A program made the position numbers and the translations under genes. DNA of 64,000 nt from Bacteroidales bacterium. Lineage in GTDB: Bacteria > Bacteroidota > Bacteroidia > Bacteroidales > F082. Below, piece after piece: positions 19,279-29,103 of the stretch (positions are counted from its first letter, which is position 1; each line of letters starts with the position of its first letter). Where the stretch lies: the NCBI GenBank assembly GCA_045615285.1, contig JAZLEO010000011.1:5235-69234 (forward strand), read 5' to 3'. The notes beneath the pieces are model-generated. The model saw only the letters and a program-made list of their open reading frames with translations. It did not search any database and had not been told where the DNA came from.

Positions 19279-22200
19279 TGTTCGATTTCTTTATTTCTTT
19301 TAGGCATTACTTTTTCTTCAATATTTCTGAAAATGATGAACAGGACCGGAACGACGAATAACAAAGCTATTGTTCCGATGAGCATTCCGCCTACGGTTCC
19401 GACGCCGATGGAGATGTTGCCGTTAGCGCCTACGCCGGTGGCGAACATCAAAGGCAGCATGCCGAAAATCATTGTCAATGATGTCATCAAGATAGCTCTT
19501 AATCTCGCTTTAGCCGCCGACATCGCTGCCATCGGTATTGACATGCCTTCGGCTCTTCTCGCTGATGCGTATTCGGTGATCAAGATGGCGGTCTTCGCCA
19601 ACAATCCGATGAGCATCAAGAGGCCGATTTGTAGATAGATATTATTTTCCAATCCGAACATATTAGCGAACAGGAAGCTGCCTGCGAGACCGAACGGAAC
19701 TGATAGGATGACGACGATAGGGATGAGGATGCTTTCGTATAATGCACATAATATCAAGTAGATAAATACGATACATATTATGAATATTATCGCTGTCGAG
19801 TTGCTTGCGTCGGCTTCTTCTCTCGACATGCCTCCGAATTCGTATCCGTAACCAGCAGGCAAATATTCTTCTGTAACTTCTCTTACGGCCTGGATAGCTT
19901 CTCCTGAGGAGTAGCCGTTGGCCGCTTGTCCGTTGATTTGTATTGATGAGAAAAGGTTGAATCTTGAAATGGATTGCGGACCATAGACACGCGTCAGTGT
20001 AACGTATTGACCTATAGGTGACATCTCGCCATTGTTGTTACGTACGAACATGTTGTTGAGCGATTCTGTATCGAGACGATATTCCGCTGAAGCCTGAACC
20101 ATGACGCGGTAAAGTTTAGAGAATCTGTTCATGTTTGATGCGTAGCTTCCGCCTACATAACCTGCCATTACGTTGAGTACGTCGCCTGGTGAAACTCCGT
20201 TGCGCTTACATCTGGCGGCATCCACTTCCAAAAGATATTGCGGATATTTACTGTTGAAAGATGTTGACGCTCTGCCTATTTCAGGACGTTCGTTGAGAGC
20301 GGTGATGATGTCGTCGGTAATCTTCTGTAAATCTTCGATTTTGCCGCCTTTTTGATCTTGGATATGAACTTCAAAACCGCTACTTGCTCCATAGCCGGGA
20401 ATCATGCCTCGGGTAAAAACGACGATTTTGGCTGAGGTGATGTCTGATGTCTTGGCATAAATGTCTTCCATTACGAAGTCGATGTTATCTTCCACTTCAG
20501 GACGTTGCTCCCAAGGTTTGAGACGTATTGTAAAACCTCCGCATGAAGGGCCGACACCGCTCATCATACCGTAACCCGTTGTATATGAATATGACTCGAT
20601 TTGAGGAATCTCGTCTAATCGGGAAGCGATAAGTTCCATGACACGTACTGTCTCTCCTAAGTTAGTCCCTGGAGGTGTCTGAATATCAACGTTGATAGAA
20701 CCCATGTCTTCTTTTGGAACAAGTCCTGTCTTGGTGTTTTCCAACATGTAGAAAAGTCCGCCTACGGCTGCAATGACAAGAATCACGCTTAGCCACTTAT
20801 TCTTGAACATGAAAAGAACGCCTCTTTTGTATTTGTTGACGACACCTTGAAAGCCGGCGTCGAAGGCGTAGTGGAAACGTGTTGAAAATGACATGCTTCC
20901 GTCTTCTCTGACAATATATGGCTGCATTAACAAGGCGCATAAGGCTGGACTTAAAGTGATGGAGTTGATGAGAGAGATACCAACGGCGACGGCCATAGTA
21001 AGGCCGAATTGTGTGTAGAAAGTACCCGTTGTTCCTCCCATGAAACATACAGGAATAAATACTGCCATGAAAACAAATGTCGTGGCTATCAAGGCGTTGG
21101 AGATTCCTTCCATAGCGTCTATTGTCGCTTTATATGGCGATTTGTAACCGGCATCGAATTTGGCTTGCACCGCTTCTACCACAACGATGGCGTTGTCAAC
21201 GACAGTACCGATGACGAGAACCAAGGCGAAGAGTGTGATCATGTTGAGACTGAATCCGGCGACCATCAAGAAAGCGAATGTTCCTACGAGAGAAACGACG
21301 ATGGCGATGGCCGGGATGAAAGTGGAACGGAAACTTTGTAAGAAGATATAAACTATCAAGATGACCAAGATGACGGCCAAGACAAGAGTCTCGATGACGT
21401 TGTCGATAGATGCGTCCAAGAAATCTTTGGTACTCATCAAGTCAACGATTTCAATGCCTTTCGGTAATGATTTTCTGATTTCTTCAATTTCTTTGTCGAT
21501 GGCGTCGATGATTTCGTTGGCGTTAGAGCCTGATGTTTGTGAAATCATCAATGTGGTTCCAGGATGACCGTTAACTTTACCGATATAGTCGTAGCTTCTC
21601 GAACCCAATTCTACTGTTCCGATGTCTTTGAGTTTCAATAAAGTTCCGTCGTTGTCGGCACGGATTATCATATTGGCGTAGTCCTCTTCTTTATCGTAGC
21701 GGCCTCTGTATTTCAAGGTGTAGCGGAAGGTGTTTTCGGAGTCGGCGCCTAAAGTTCCGGTAGCGGCTTCTAAATTCTGTTCGGCAAGAACTGCTGAAAT
21801 GTCGGATGGAACGAGAGAATATTTCGCCATCTTAGCAGGGTCGAGCCAGATACGAAGCGAATAATCTGCGCCTCTGACATCGACTTCACCGACGCCTGCG
21901 ATACGTGATAATCGTGGCTCGATATTGATTTTTAGGTAGTTACTGATAAATCTCTCGTCGAAAGAGTCGTCTGGACTATAGACAGCGAGCACTTTGATAC
22001 GGCTTGTCTGTCTTTTCTTCACGCTGACGCCGCTACGTGTAACCTCGGCAGGCAACAAGCCTTGAGCGGAAGCGATGCGGTTCTGTACGTTGACGGTAGC
22101 CATGTCGGCGTTCGTTCCCTGACGGAAATAAATCTGAATGCTGGCGGATCCGTTGTTGTTTGCGGAAGATGTCATATACATCATATCTTCGACGCCGTTG

Positions 22201-22409
22201 ATGGCTTCTTCAAGAGGAACGACGACGCTGTTTTGTACGGTTTCGGCATTAGCTCCGGCGTAATTGGCGGATACGCTTACAGTTGGAGGCGCGATTTCCG
22301 GATATTGCTCGACAGGAAGACCGACGAGGCAGATGAGGCCCAATAACACTATTATCACAGAAATGACACCTGCGAAAATAGGACGATCGATAAAAGTTCT
22401 GATATTCAT
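19275..22409 (-). CDS. RND multidrug efflux permease (AcrB/HAE1 family)
   Basis: About 1044 aa. MNIRTFIDRPIFAGVISV opening with 12 TM and large periplasmic loops. The ATG at 22409 is preferred over the TTG at 22415. Confidence 0.95.
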   Translation of the reverse strand: MNIRTFIDRPIFAGVISVIIVLLGLICLVGLPVEQYPEIAPPTVSVSANYAGANAETVQNSVVVPLEEAINGVEDMMYMTSSANNNGSASIQIYFRQGTNADMATVNVQNRIASAQGLLPAEVTRSGVSVKKRQTSRIKVLAVYSPDDSFDERFISNYLKINIEPRLSRIAGVGEVDVRGADYSLRIWLDPAKMAKYSLVPSDISAVLAEQNLEAATGTLGADSENTFRYTLKYRGRYDKEEDYANMIIRADNDGTLLKLKDIGTVELGSRSYDYIGKVNGHPGTTLMISQTSGSNANEIIDAIDKEIEEIRKSLPKGIEIVDLMSTKDFLDASIDNVIETLVLAVILVILIVYIFLQSFRSTFIPAIAIVVSLVGTFAFLMVAGFSLNMITLFALVLVIGTVVDNAIVVVEAVQAKFDAGYKSPYKATIDAMEGISNALIATTFVFMAVFIPVCFMGGTTGTFYTQFGLTMAVAVGISLINSITLSPALCALLMQPYIVREDGSMSFSTRFHYAFDAGFQGVVNKYKRGVLFMFKNKWLSVILVIAAVGGLFYMLENTKTGLVPKEDMGSINVDIQTPPGTNLGETVRVMELIASRLDEIPQIESYSYTTGYGMMSGVGPSCGGFTIRLKPWEQRPEVEDNIDFVMEDIYAKTSDITSAKIVVFTRGMIPGYGASSGFEVHIQDQKGGKIEDLQKITDDIITALNERPEIGRASTSFNSKYPQYLLEVDAARCKRNGVSPGDVLNVMAGYVGGSYASNMNRFSKLYRVMVQASAEYRLDTESLNNMFVRNNNGEMSPIGQYVTLTRVYGPQSISRFNLFSSIQINGQAANGYSSGEAIQAVREVTEEYLPAGYGYEFGGMSREEADASNSTAIIFIICIVFIYLILCALYESILIPIVVILSVPFGLAGSFLFANMFGLENNIYLQIGLLMLIGLLAKTAILITEYASARRAEGMSIPMAAMSAAKARLRAILMTSLTMIFGMLPLMFATGVGANGNISIGVGTVGGMLIGTIALLFVVPVLFIIFRNIEEKVMPKRNKEIEQ

Positions 22410-22411
22410 AA

Positions 22412-23578
22412 TCAATTACCTCCGTTATTATTTTGACTGTTGGCTGTTGGTTGTTGGTTGTTGGTTTCATCTGCGGTTTTAATGGTCGAGCCTTCGCGGA
22501 CGAGACCAGCGCCTTCGGCTATGATGACATCACCAACTTCAAGGCCGCTTTTGACTATATAATCGATTCCGTTGTTTTGCGGCATTACGGTGATGGCTGC
22601 CGAATGAGCTTTGCCGTCGATGACTTTATAAACGAAGATTTTTTCTTGTAACTCGAAAGTCGCTGTCTGAGGAATGATGATGCAGTCTTCATGATTTGAA
22701 GGTATTATTACAGTGCCGCTGCCGCCGTCGCGTAAGAGGCGTTCAGGATTCGGGAATACGGCGCGGAAACTGACTGCACCAGTGCTGGCGCTGATTGTTC
22801 CACTGACGGCGTTGATCTTACCTTTATGTTTGTAGGTCTTGCCGTTACTCATCACGAGTTCTACCTCTGGCATGTCTTTGATAGCTTCTTTCAAAGAGCC
22901 ATATTCTTGGATAAGGTCGAGCATCTGATTTTCGGCCATTGAGAAATAAGCGAAGATCTTGCTGTCGTCGGATACTGTCACCAAAGGCTGGCTGATGTTG
23001 CTGTTGACCAAAGCACCGACTCGATAAGGAATCATGGAAGCAACGCCGTTGACAGGAGATTTCACCATTGTGTAAGAAAGGTTGTTATATGCGCTGTTCA
23101 TCTCAGCTTTAGCCAATGCTAATTTTGCTTCAGCTTCTGCGAGGTTATTTTGCGCTGTCATCAGCTCGAATTCGGATACTACATCCTGTTCGAGAAGTTC
23201 CTTGCTGCTTTCAAGAACGAGTTGAGCTGTAGATAGGTTAGCTTCTGCGCTCATCACGTTGGCGGATGCGATTTCGTATGCTGCTTTGTATGGAGTCTGG
23301 TCGATGACGAAAAGGGTAGAGTCTTTACGGACGAAGTCGCCTTCATTGATACGGATGTCGGTTATCATGCCGCTTACTTGCGGGCGCACCTCTACGGTCT
23401 GGCAGCCGTTGATGGTGGCGGCGAATCCGCTTCTCAAGACCTGATTGCTTTTTTCTACGGTGAGAGTTTTGTAAATGGTTTCAGTACGTTTCTGTGGCGC
23501 TACTTTTTCCTGACACGATGTCAACGAAAGACTGATGATACTTGCTAAAAAAGTGCTTTTTAAGATGTTAATTTTCAT
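22412..23578 (-). CDS. RND efflux periplasmic adaptor (membrane fusion protein)
   Basis: Start taken at MKINILKSTFLASIISLSLTSC (lipobox). It has hairpin/lipoyl/beta-barrel MFP architecture and a low-complexity N/Q tail. Confidence 0.9.
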   Translation of the reverse strand: MKINILKSTFLASIISLSLTSCQEKVAPQKRTETIYKTLTVEKSNQVLRSGFAATINGCQTVEVRPQVSGMITDIRINEGDFVRKDSTLFVIDQTPYKAAYEIASANVMSAEANLSTAQLVLESSKELLEQDVVSEFELMTAQNNLAEAEAKLALAKAEMNSAYNNLSYTMVKSPVNGVASMIPYRVGALVNSNISQPLVTVSDDSKIFAYFSMAENQMLDLIQEYGSLKEAIKDMPEVELVMSNGKTYKHKGKINAVSGTISASTGAVSFRAVFPNPERLLRDGGSGTVIIPSNHEDCIIIPQTATFELQEKIFVYKVIDGKAHSAAITVMPQNNGIDYIVKSGLEVGDVIIAEGAGLVREGSTIKTADETNNQQPTANSQNNNGGN

Positions 23579-24053
23579 GCTAGTTTTTGTGTTTTGCCGT
23601 GAGCCGTGGGCAATGAGCAATGTCCTAACTATATAATACTCATGGCTCTAAGCTCAATACTCAAAGCGAATTTGTTAATAATTATATATATAAATATGTA
23701 ACGGCAAATTTAAGATTTATTTTGCGAAAAATCGAAAAAATATTTTACAAAAAGTATTTACTTGATGAAAATAGCAGCTGTCTTCAACAAAAACGTCAAT
23801 GATGTTTTTGAATTGGAGGATTGCGATTGGAAGTGAATTGATTAGGAACTGGGAATTGAGGAATGTGTGGTAAGGATGCGGTTCTGAAATTGTACAGATA
23901 ATTCATTCAAAAAATATTTGTCGATAAACGTCTGTATCTCCAAAAAAAATATTAGTTTTGGAAAGATGTTTCTATGTTTTTATTTTGTTGAAAATCAATA
24001 GAAACATTTGACGATTAAAAATAATTCTGCTGTTTTTTAGCAGAAAGAGTTTT

Positions 24054-24061
24054 TATCTTTG
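24054..24061 (+). promoter_or_regulatory. -7 promoter box (TATCTTTG) for dnaE
   Basis: TAnnTTTG match 28 nt upstream of the ATG at 24089. It overlaps the TTG start used by the ORF track. Confidence 0.45.
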
Positions 24062-24088
24062 TACAGTTTTTACACAAAAGGAATAGTT

Positions 24089-27000
24089 ATGTTTTTGATA
24101 TTCGATACAGAGACCACAGGCTTGCCGCTAGATAATAATGCGCCTTTGACTGATTTCAATAACTGGCCGCGTATGGTGCAGCTGGTGTGGCAGATTCATG
24201 ATGAAAAAGGTAATTTCATCAAGGCGGAGAATCATATCATCAAACCTGAAGGATTTATAATTCCTATCAAAGTGTCTATGGTGCACGGTATCACTCAGGA
24301 ACATGCGATGAATGTCGGAGAAGACCTCGGTCATGTTCTGGATATTTTTGCAGAGGCTTTAAAAACTGTTAATTATGTCGTGGGACATAATGTGAGATTT
24401 GACCTTAATATTGTTGGCTGTGAATATCTTAGGATAAAAGGCGTTAACCCGTTGGAATCAAAGCTTATGATAGACACCTGTACCGAAAAGACTGCCGACT
24501 ATTGTCAGTTGGGAGGCGGTCCGGGTCGTAAGTTCAAGAAGCCGAAACTTGCGGAGATACATCAGCTGTTGTTCAACGAAGGTTTCGATATGGCGCATAA
24601 CGCTTCCGCCGACGTTGAGGCTACGGCTCGCGTGTTTCTAGAACTCGTACGTATCAATGTGATTAACAGCGACGAAATAAAAGAAGGAGAGGAGTTCTTC
24701 AAAAAATTTCAGGAAGCCAATCCTGATGTGATGAAACCTGCCGGAATCAAGGTGGTTTCTAATAAACAAGAAGAAAAACATGTTCAAGAATCTCGGGAAC
24801 TCAGAACATCAGAACCACAGCATATCTTCGTTCCGGATCACTTCACTCATCTTCACGTCCACTCGCACTTTTCCATCCTCGATGGCATGTCGAAAGTGCC
24901 TGATCTTATAGATAAATGTACAAGAAGCGGAATGTATTCAATGGCTCTCACTGATCATGGTAACATGTTTGGTATCAAAGAGTTCGCTGACGCTTCTAAT
25001 AAATATAACGGCAAGATAAAGGATAAGATAAAGGAACAGGAGAAGATTCTTAATGATGAGAAATCTACTGATTCTCAAAAAGATGACGCTTCCGTGGAAA
25101 TCGATATCCTGAAGAAAAAGATGTTCAAACCGATCTTCGGTATGGAGGCTTATTGCGCTCCGGTGAGCATCGACAAACGTGACGGCCGCGCCGACAGAGG
25201 CTACCACCTTATATTATTAGCAAAAAATAAACAAGGCTACAAAAACCTTTGTAAACTTTCGTCAATCGCTTATATAGACGGATACTACTACAATCCGCGT
25301 ATCGATTATTCTCTGCTCGAAAAATATCACGAAGGACTCATTGTCTGCTCGGCATGTCTCGGCGGAGAGCTTCCTCAGAAAATAATGAATGGCGACATCA
25401 ATGGCGCAGAAAAAGCGCTGAATTGGTTCAAGAATTTGTTCGGTGAAGACTATTATATTGAAATACAACGTCATAAGACCGACAAACCTAACGCCGACAG
25501 AGAGGTGTTTGAAATTCAGCAGGAAGTGAACAAGGTGTTGATTGAGCTTGCAAAAAAGACTGATACTAAGATAGTTGCGACAAATGACGTTCACTTTGTT
25601 GAAGAAGAACATAGTGAAGCCCACGACAGATTGATATGTCTCAGCACAGGAAAGGATTTCGACGATCCTAACAGAATGCATTATACCAAGCAGGAATGGC
25701 TGAAAACTCCGCAGGAAATGGGGCGTGCGTTCTGTGATATTCCTGAAGCTCTGACAAATACGAAGGAAATAGCGGATAAGGTAGAAGTCTATTCTATTGA
25801 TTCAGATCCTATTATGCCAATATTCGATATTCCGAAAGATTTCGGTACAGAAGAAGAATATCGTCAGAAATATACCGAGGAGGATTTGTTTGAGGAATTC
25901 ACCCGTAATGAACTCGGTGAAGTGGTGATGAGTAGGGAAGAGGGCGAGAAGAAAATCAAGAAGTTGGGCGGTTATGATAAACTATATCGTATCAAACTTG
26001 AGGCTGATTATCTGGCCAAACTCGCTTGGGAAGGCGCAGAACGACGTTATGGCAAGGAACTCACTGAGGAACAGAGAGAACGCATCATTTTTGAACTTCA
26101 TATCATGAAGACGATGGGATTCCCGGGCTACTTCTTGATAGTTCAGGATTATATACGTGGCGCCCGCGAAGAACTCGGCGTTTCAGTCGGTCCAGGCCGT
26201 GGCTCAGCAGCAGGATCTGTGGTGGCTTACTGCTTGAAAATCACCGATGTGGATCCTCTTAAATATGACTTGCTTTTCGAACGTTTCCTCAATCCTGATC
26301 GTATCTCTCTCCCTGATATCGACGTTGACTTTGATGACGACGGCCGCGGAAAGGTGCTGGACTGGATTACACAGAAATATGGAAAGGAAAAAGTGGCGCA
26401 TATCATCACTTACGGAACAATGGCGACAAAGTCATCTATCGCCGACGTTAGCCGCGTACAGAAAATCCCGATTCCTAAAGTCAATGAAATCAAGTCATTT
26501 ATACCGGAAAGAAGCTTCCCTGATAATATAAAAGATGAAAAAGGTAAGTCGCCAAAAGTAAATCTTAAAAACTGTTTTAAATATGTTCCTGAAATTAAGG
26601 CTCTTCTGGAAGGCGACGACGAGAATATCTCCTCGATGCTGACATACGCACAGCAGCTTGAAGAGACCAACCGTCAGATTGGTATTCATGCATGTGGCGT
26701 TATCATCGGAGCTTCCGACCTGACAAACTACGCCCCGCTTTGTACAATCAAAGATAAAGATACCAAAGAGGATGTCCTTGTGACTCAATATGACGGTCAT
26801 GTGGTCGAAAATGTCGGTCTCATCAAGATGGACTTCTTGGGACTCAAGACCTTGACTCAGATTAAGGATGCTTTGGCTAATATCAAGAAAACCAAAGGTA
26901 TAGATATTGATATTGATAATATTCCTATCGATGACGAGGAAACGTATAAATTATACAGTTCCGGAAATACGATCGGTACTTTCCAATTTGAATCGCCAGG

Positions 27001-28672
27001 AATGCAGAAGTATCTCCGCGAATTGAAACCAACTGTCTTTGAAGACCTTATCGCTATGAATGCTTTGTATCGTCCAGGCCCTATGGATTATATACCTACA
27101 TTCATCGCTCGTAAGACTGGAAAAGAACCTATCAGTTATCCGATTCCGATTATGGAGAAGTATCTCAAAGATACATACGGAGTTACGGTTTATCAAGAGC
27201 AGGTGATGCTTTTGTCGCGACAGCTAGCAAGTTTCACTCGCGGAGAGTCTGATACATTGCGTAAGGCTATGGGTAAGAAACTCATAGAAAAAATGAATGA
27301 GCTGAAAGGTAAGTTTATGAAACAGGGTCAGGATAATGGCCATGATCCTGCTATCCTTGAAAATATATGGAAAGACTGGGAGAAATTCGCTTCTTACGCA
27401 TTCAATAAATCTCACGCTACTTGTTATTCTTGGGTCGCTTATCAGACGGCTTATCTCAAGGCTCATTATCCTGCCGAATTCATGGCTGCCGTGCTGAACA
27501 GCTCTATCAGAGACAGTAAGGAAGTGGTGTTTATGATAGAGGAATGCAAGCGCATGAAACTAGATGTGCTTGGACCTAATATCAATGAGTCGGAATATAA
27601 ATTTACCGTCAATAAAAAAGGACAGATATGCTTCGGAATGGGCGCCGTTAAATCAGTGGGAGAAGTTGTCATTCAAGCTATTACGGAAGAAAGAAACGCT
27701 AACGGAGAGTTTAAGGATTTCGCCGATTTCTTGATGAGAATGAATGGTAAGGGCGTCAACAGAAAGTCTATAGAAGCGCTCGCCGGAGTCGGTGTCTTCG
27801 ACTGCTTTGAAGGAATGCACAGGGCGATGTTCTATTATATACCAGAAGGCGACAAGACAACTTTTGTCGAAAAGGCTATAAAGTCAGTCGGCGCTTATCT
27901 CGACAGAAAAAATAACGCACAATTCGATTTGTTCGCAGATAGCGAGGCTGATGGCGATGACACTTTCTCAGTGCAGATGCCAGAATGTGAACATTGGTCT
28001 CAGATGAAGGAACTTGAGATGGAAAAAGAACTCGTAGGATTCTATATGAGTTCGCATCCTCTTGATATTTATAAAGATACGGTGAAATACTTCGCTAATA
28101 TCAAACTTGAACAGGTGCAAACAGCTGTGCCGATGAGTCGTGTCGATACGACGTTTATGATGGCAGGATTGGTCACCATGTCGGAACGATTTACAACTAA
28201 GACAGGTTCAGAATATGGCAAATATCGTATAGAAGACCAAACTGGAAGTTATGAATTCCGCTTGTTTAAGGAGGCGTTTTTGAGAATGAATCCTCTGCTT
28301 TCTGTTGGAACTCAAGTGCTTGTTACAGCTGTCGTTAGGGAGAGTTATATGGGCGGAGACGATCCTGATAAGCCGAAACAAAAGGAATTGAGGGTGCAGA
28401 AAGTCGAACTTCTTGATTCCTTGATGGAAAATACTTCGCGTGAAGTGAGGTTCTCTATATTTATAGATAGGCTTGACAAAGTCAAGACAAATGAATTCGT
28501 CAACATAATAAAAAAACATAAAGGTAAACAGTCTTATTCGTTGCATTTCGTTGATAGAGAGAATAATATAACATGCGCTACACATCCTGAAAAAGGAGGC
28601 GTCAACGCACAGGAAGTTTTTGATTTGTTGAAAGATGCCGATTATGTGACATACGATTTGTTGAAACGGTAG
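24089..28672 (+). CDS. dnaE: DNA polymerase III alpha subunit (DnaE) with an N-terminal DEDDh 3'-5' exonuclease (DnaQ-like) domain
   Basis: N-terminus has FDTETTGL (ExoI), GHNVRFD (ExoII) and HNASADVEATARVF (ExoIII, DEDDh). Then come PHP (HLHVHSHFSILDG), the polymerase core (GPGRGSAAGS, DIDVDF) and an OB-fold C-terminus. About 1527 aa from the ATG. Confidence 0.9.
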   Translation: MFLIFDTETTGLPLDNNAPLTDFNNWPRMVQLVWQIHDEKGNFIKAENHIIKPEGFIIPIKVSMVHGITQEHAMNVGEDLGHVLDIFAEALKTVNYVVGHNVRFDLNIVGCEYLRIKGVNPLESKLMIDTCTEKTADYCQLGGGPGRKFKKPKLAEIHQLLFNEGFDMAHNASADVEATARVFLELVRINVINSDEIKEGEEFFKKFQEANPDVMKPAGIKVVSNKQEEKHVQESRELRTSEPQHIFVPDHFTHLHVHSHFSILDGMSKVPDLIDKCTRSGMYSMALTDHGNMFGIKEFADASNKYNGKIKDKIKEQEKILNDEKSTDSQKDDASVEIDILKKKMFKPIFGMEAYCAPVSIDKRDGRADRGYHLILLAKNKQGYKNLCKLSSIAYIDGYYYNPRIDYSLLEKYHEGLIVCSACLGGELPQKIMNGDINGAEKALNWFKNLFGEDYYIEIQRHKTDKPNADREVFEIQQEVNKVLIELAKKTDTKIVATNDVHFVEEEHSEAHDRLICLSTGKDFDDPNRMHYTKQEWLKTPQEMGRAFCDIPEALTNTKEIADKVEVYSIDSDPIMPIFDIPKDFGTEEEYRQKYTEEDLFEEFTRNELGEVVMSREEGEKKIKKLGGYDKLYRIKLEADYLAKLAWEGAERRYGKELTEEQRERIIFELHIMKTMGFPGYFLIVQDYIRGAREELGVSVGPGRGSAAGSVVAYCLKITDVDPLKYDLLFERFLNPDRISLPDIDVDFDDDGRGKVLDWITQKYGKEKVAHIITYGTMATKSSIADVSRVQKIPIPKVNEIKSFIPERSFPDNIKDEKGKSPKVNLKNCFKYVPEIKALLEGDDENISSMLTYAQQLEETNRQIGIHACGVIIGASDLTNYAPLCTIKDKDTKEDVLVTQYDGHVVENVGLIKMDFLGLKTLTQIKDALANIKKTKGIDIDIDNIPIDDEETYKLYSSGNTIGTFQFESPGMQKYLRELKPTVFEDLIAMNALYRPGPMDYIPTFIARKTGKEPISYPIPIMEKYLKDTYGVTVYQEQVMLLSRQLASFTRGESDTLRKAMGKKLIEKMNELKGKFMKQGQDNGHDPAILENIWKDWEKFASYAFNKSHATCYSWVAYQTAYLKAHYPAEFMAAVLNSSIRDSKEVVFMIEECKRMKLDVLGPNINESEYKFTVNKKGQICFGMGAVKSVGEVVIQAITEERNANGEFKDFADFLMRMNGKGVNRKSIEALAGVGVFDCFEGMHRAMFYYIPEGDKTTFVEKAIKSVGAYLDRKNNAQFDLFADSEADGDDTFSVQMPECEHWSQMKELEMEKELVGFYMSSHPLDIYKDTVKYFANIKLEQVQTAVPMSRVDTTFMMAGLVTMSERFTTKTGSEYGKYRIEDQTGSYEFRLFKEAFLRMNPLLSVGTQVLVTAVVRESYMGGDDPDKPKQKELRVQKVELLDSLMENTSREVRFSIFIDRLDKVKTNEFVNIIKKHKGKQSYSLHFVDRENNITCATHPEKGGVNAQEVFDLLKDADYVTYDLLKR

Positions 28673-28734
28673 GCCGTCTTATTCAAGACCCAAAAAAAAC
28701 TGTTGACAGTTGTCCGTTGTCTATTGACTTTTAT

Positions 28735-28742
28735 TATATTTG
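28735..28742 (+). promoter_or_regulatory. -7 promoter box (TATATTTG) for trxA
   Basis: TAnnTTTG match about 39 nt upstream of the ATG at 28781. Confidence 0.45.
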
Positions 28743-28780
28743 CAGAAAATATTAGTACTAACTTTTAAAAAATTATAATT

Positions 28781-29098
28781 ATGGCAAATCACATTACAGA
28801 CGCTACATTTGAAGTAGAAGTATTACAAAGCGAAGTTCCAGTTATGGTTGATTTCGGTGCAGCATGGTGCGGCCCTTGCAACATGATCGCTCCTTATATG
28901 GATCAATTGGCTGAAGAATATGCTGGCAAAGCTAAAGTTTTCAAGGCAGACATCGACGAATGCCAAGGCTTAGCAGCAAAATTCCGTATCATGAACGTTC
29001 CTACAGTCCTTTATTTCAAAGGCGGTCAAGTTGTTGACAAAAACGTCGGCGGCGCAGCAAAACAAGTTTTCGAAGACAAATTGAAGAAACTTATCTAA
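28781..29098 (+). CDS. trxA: Thioredoxin
   Basis: 105 aa with the WCGPC active site. Confidence 0.9.
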   Translation: MANHITDATFEVEVLQSEVPVMVDFGAAWCGPCNMIAPYMDQLAEEYAGKAKVFKADIDECQGLAAKFRIMNVPTVLYFKGGQVVDKNVGGAAKQVFEDKLKKLI

Positions 29099-29103
29099 TA
29101 TAA

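Noticed and set aside
22437-22464. Tandem heptanucleotide repeat (C/T)TGTTGG x4, initially considered as a phase-variation tract or repeat array
   Set aside because: It lies in the last 20 codons of the MFP gene, where it encodes the N/Q-rich tail. There are only four copies in two sequence variants. A 7-nt slip would change only the extreme C-terminal tail and would not fuse it to the pump frame. That is too short and imperfect to call phase-variable.
23815-23885. C-depleted purine-rich stretch with repeated GAATTGA units in the 510-bp dnaE/RND divergent intergenic region, and a 9-bp inverted repeat ATGTTTCTA/TAGAAACAT (about 23967-24007)
   Set aside because: No coding potential, no recognisable RNA motif, and no adjacent TetR-type regulator gene that would make an operator assignment meaningful. 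Noted only.
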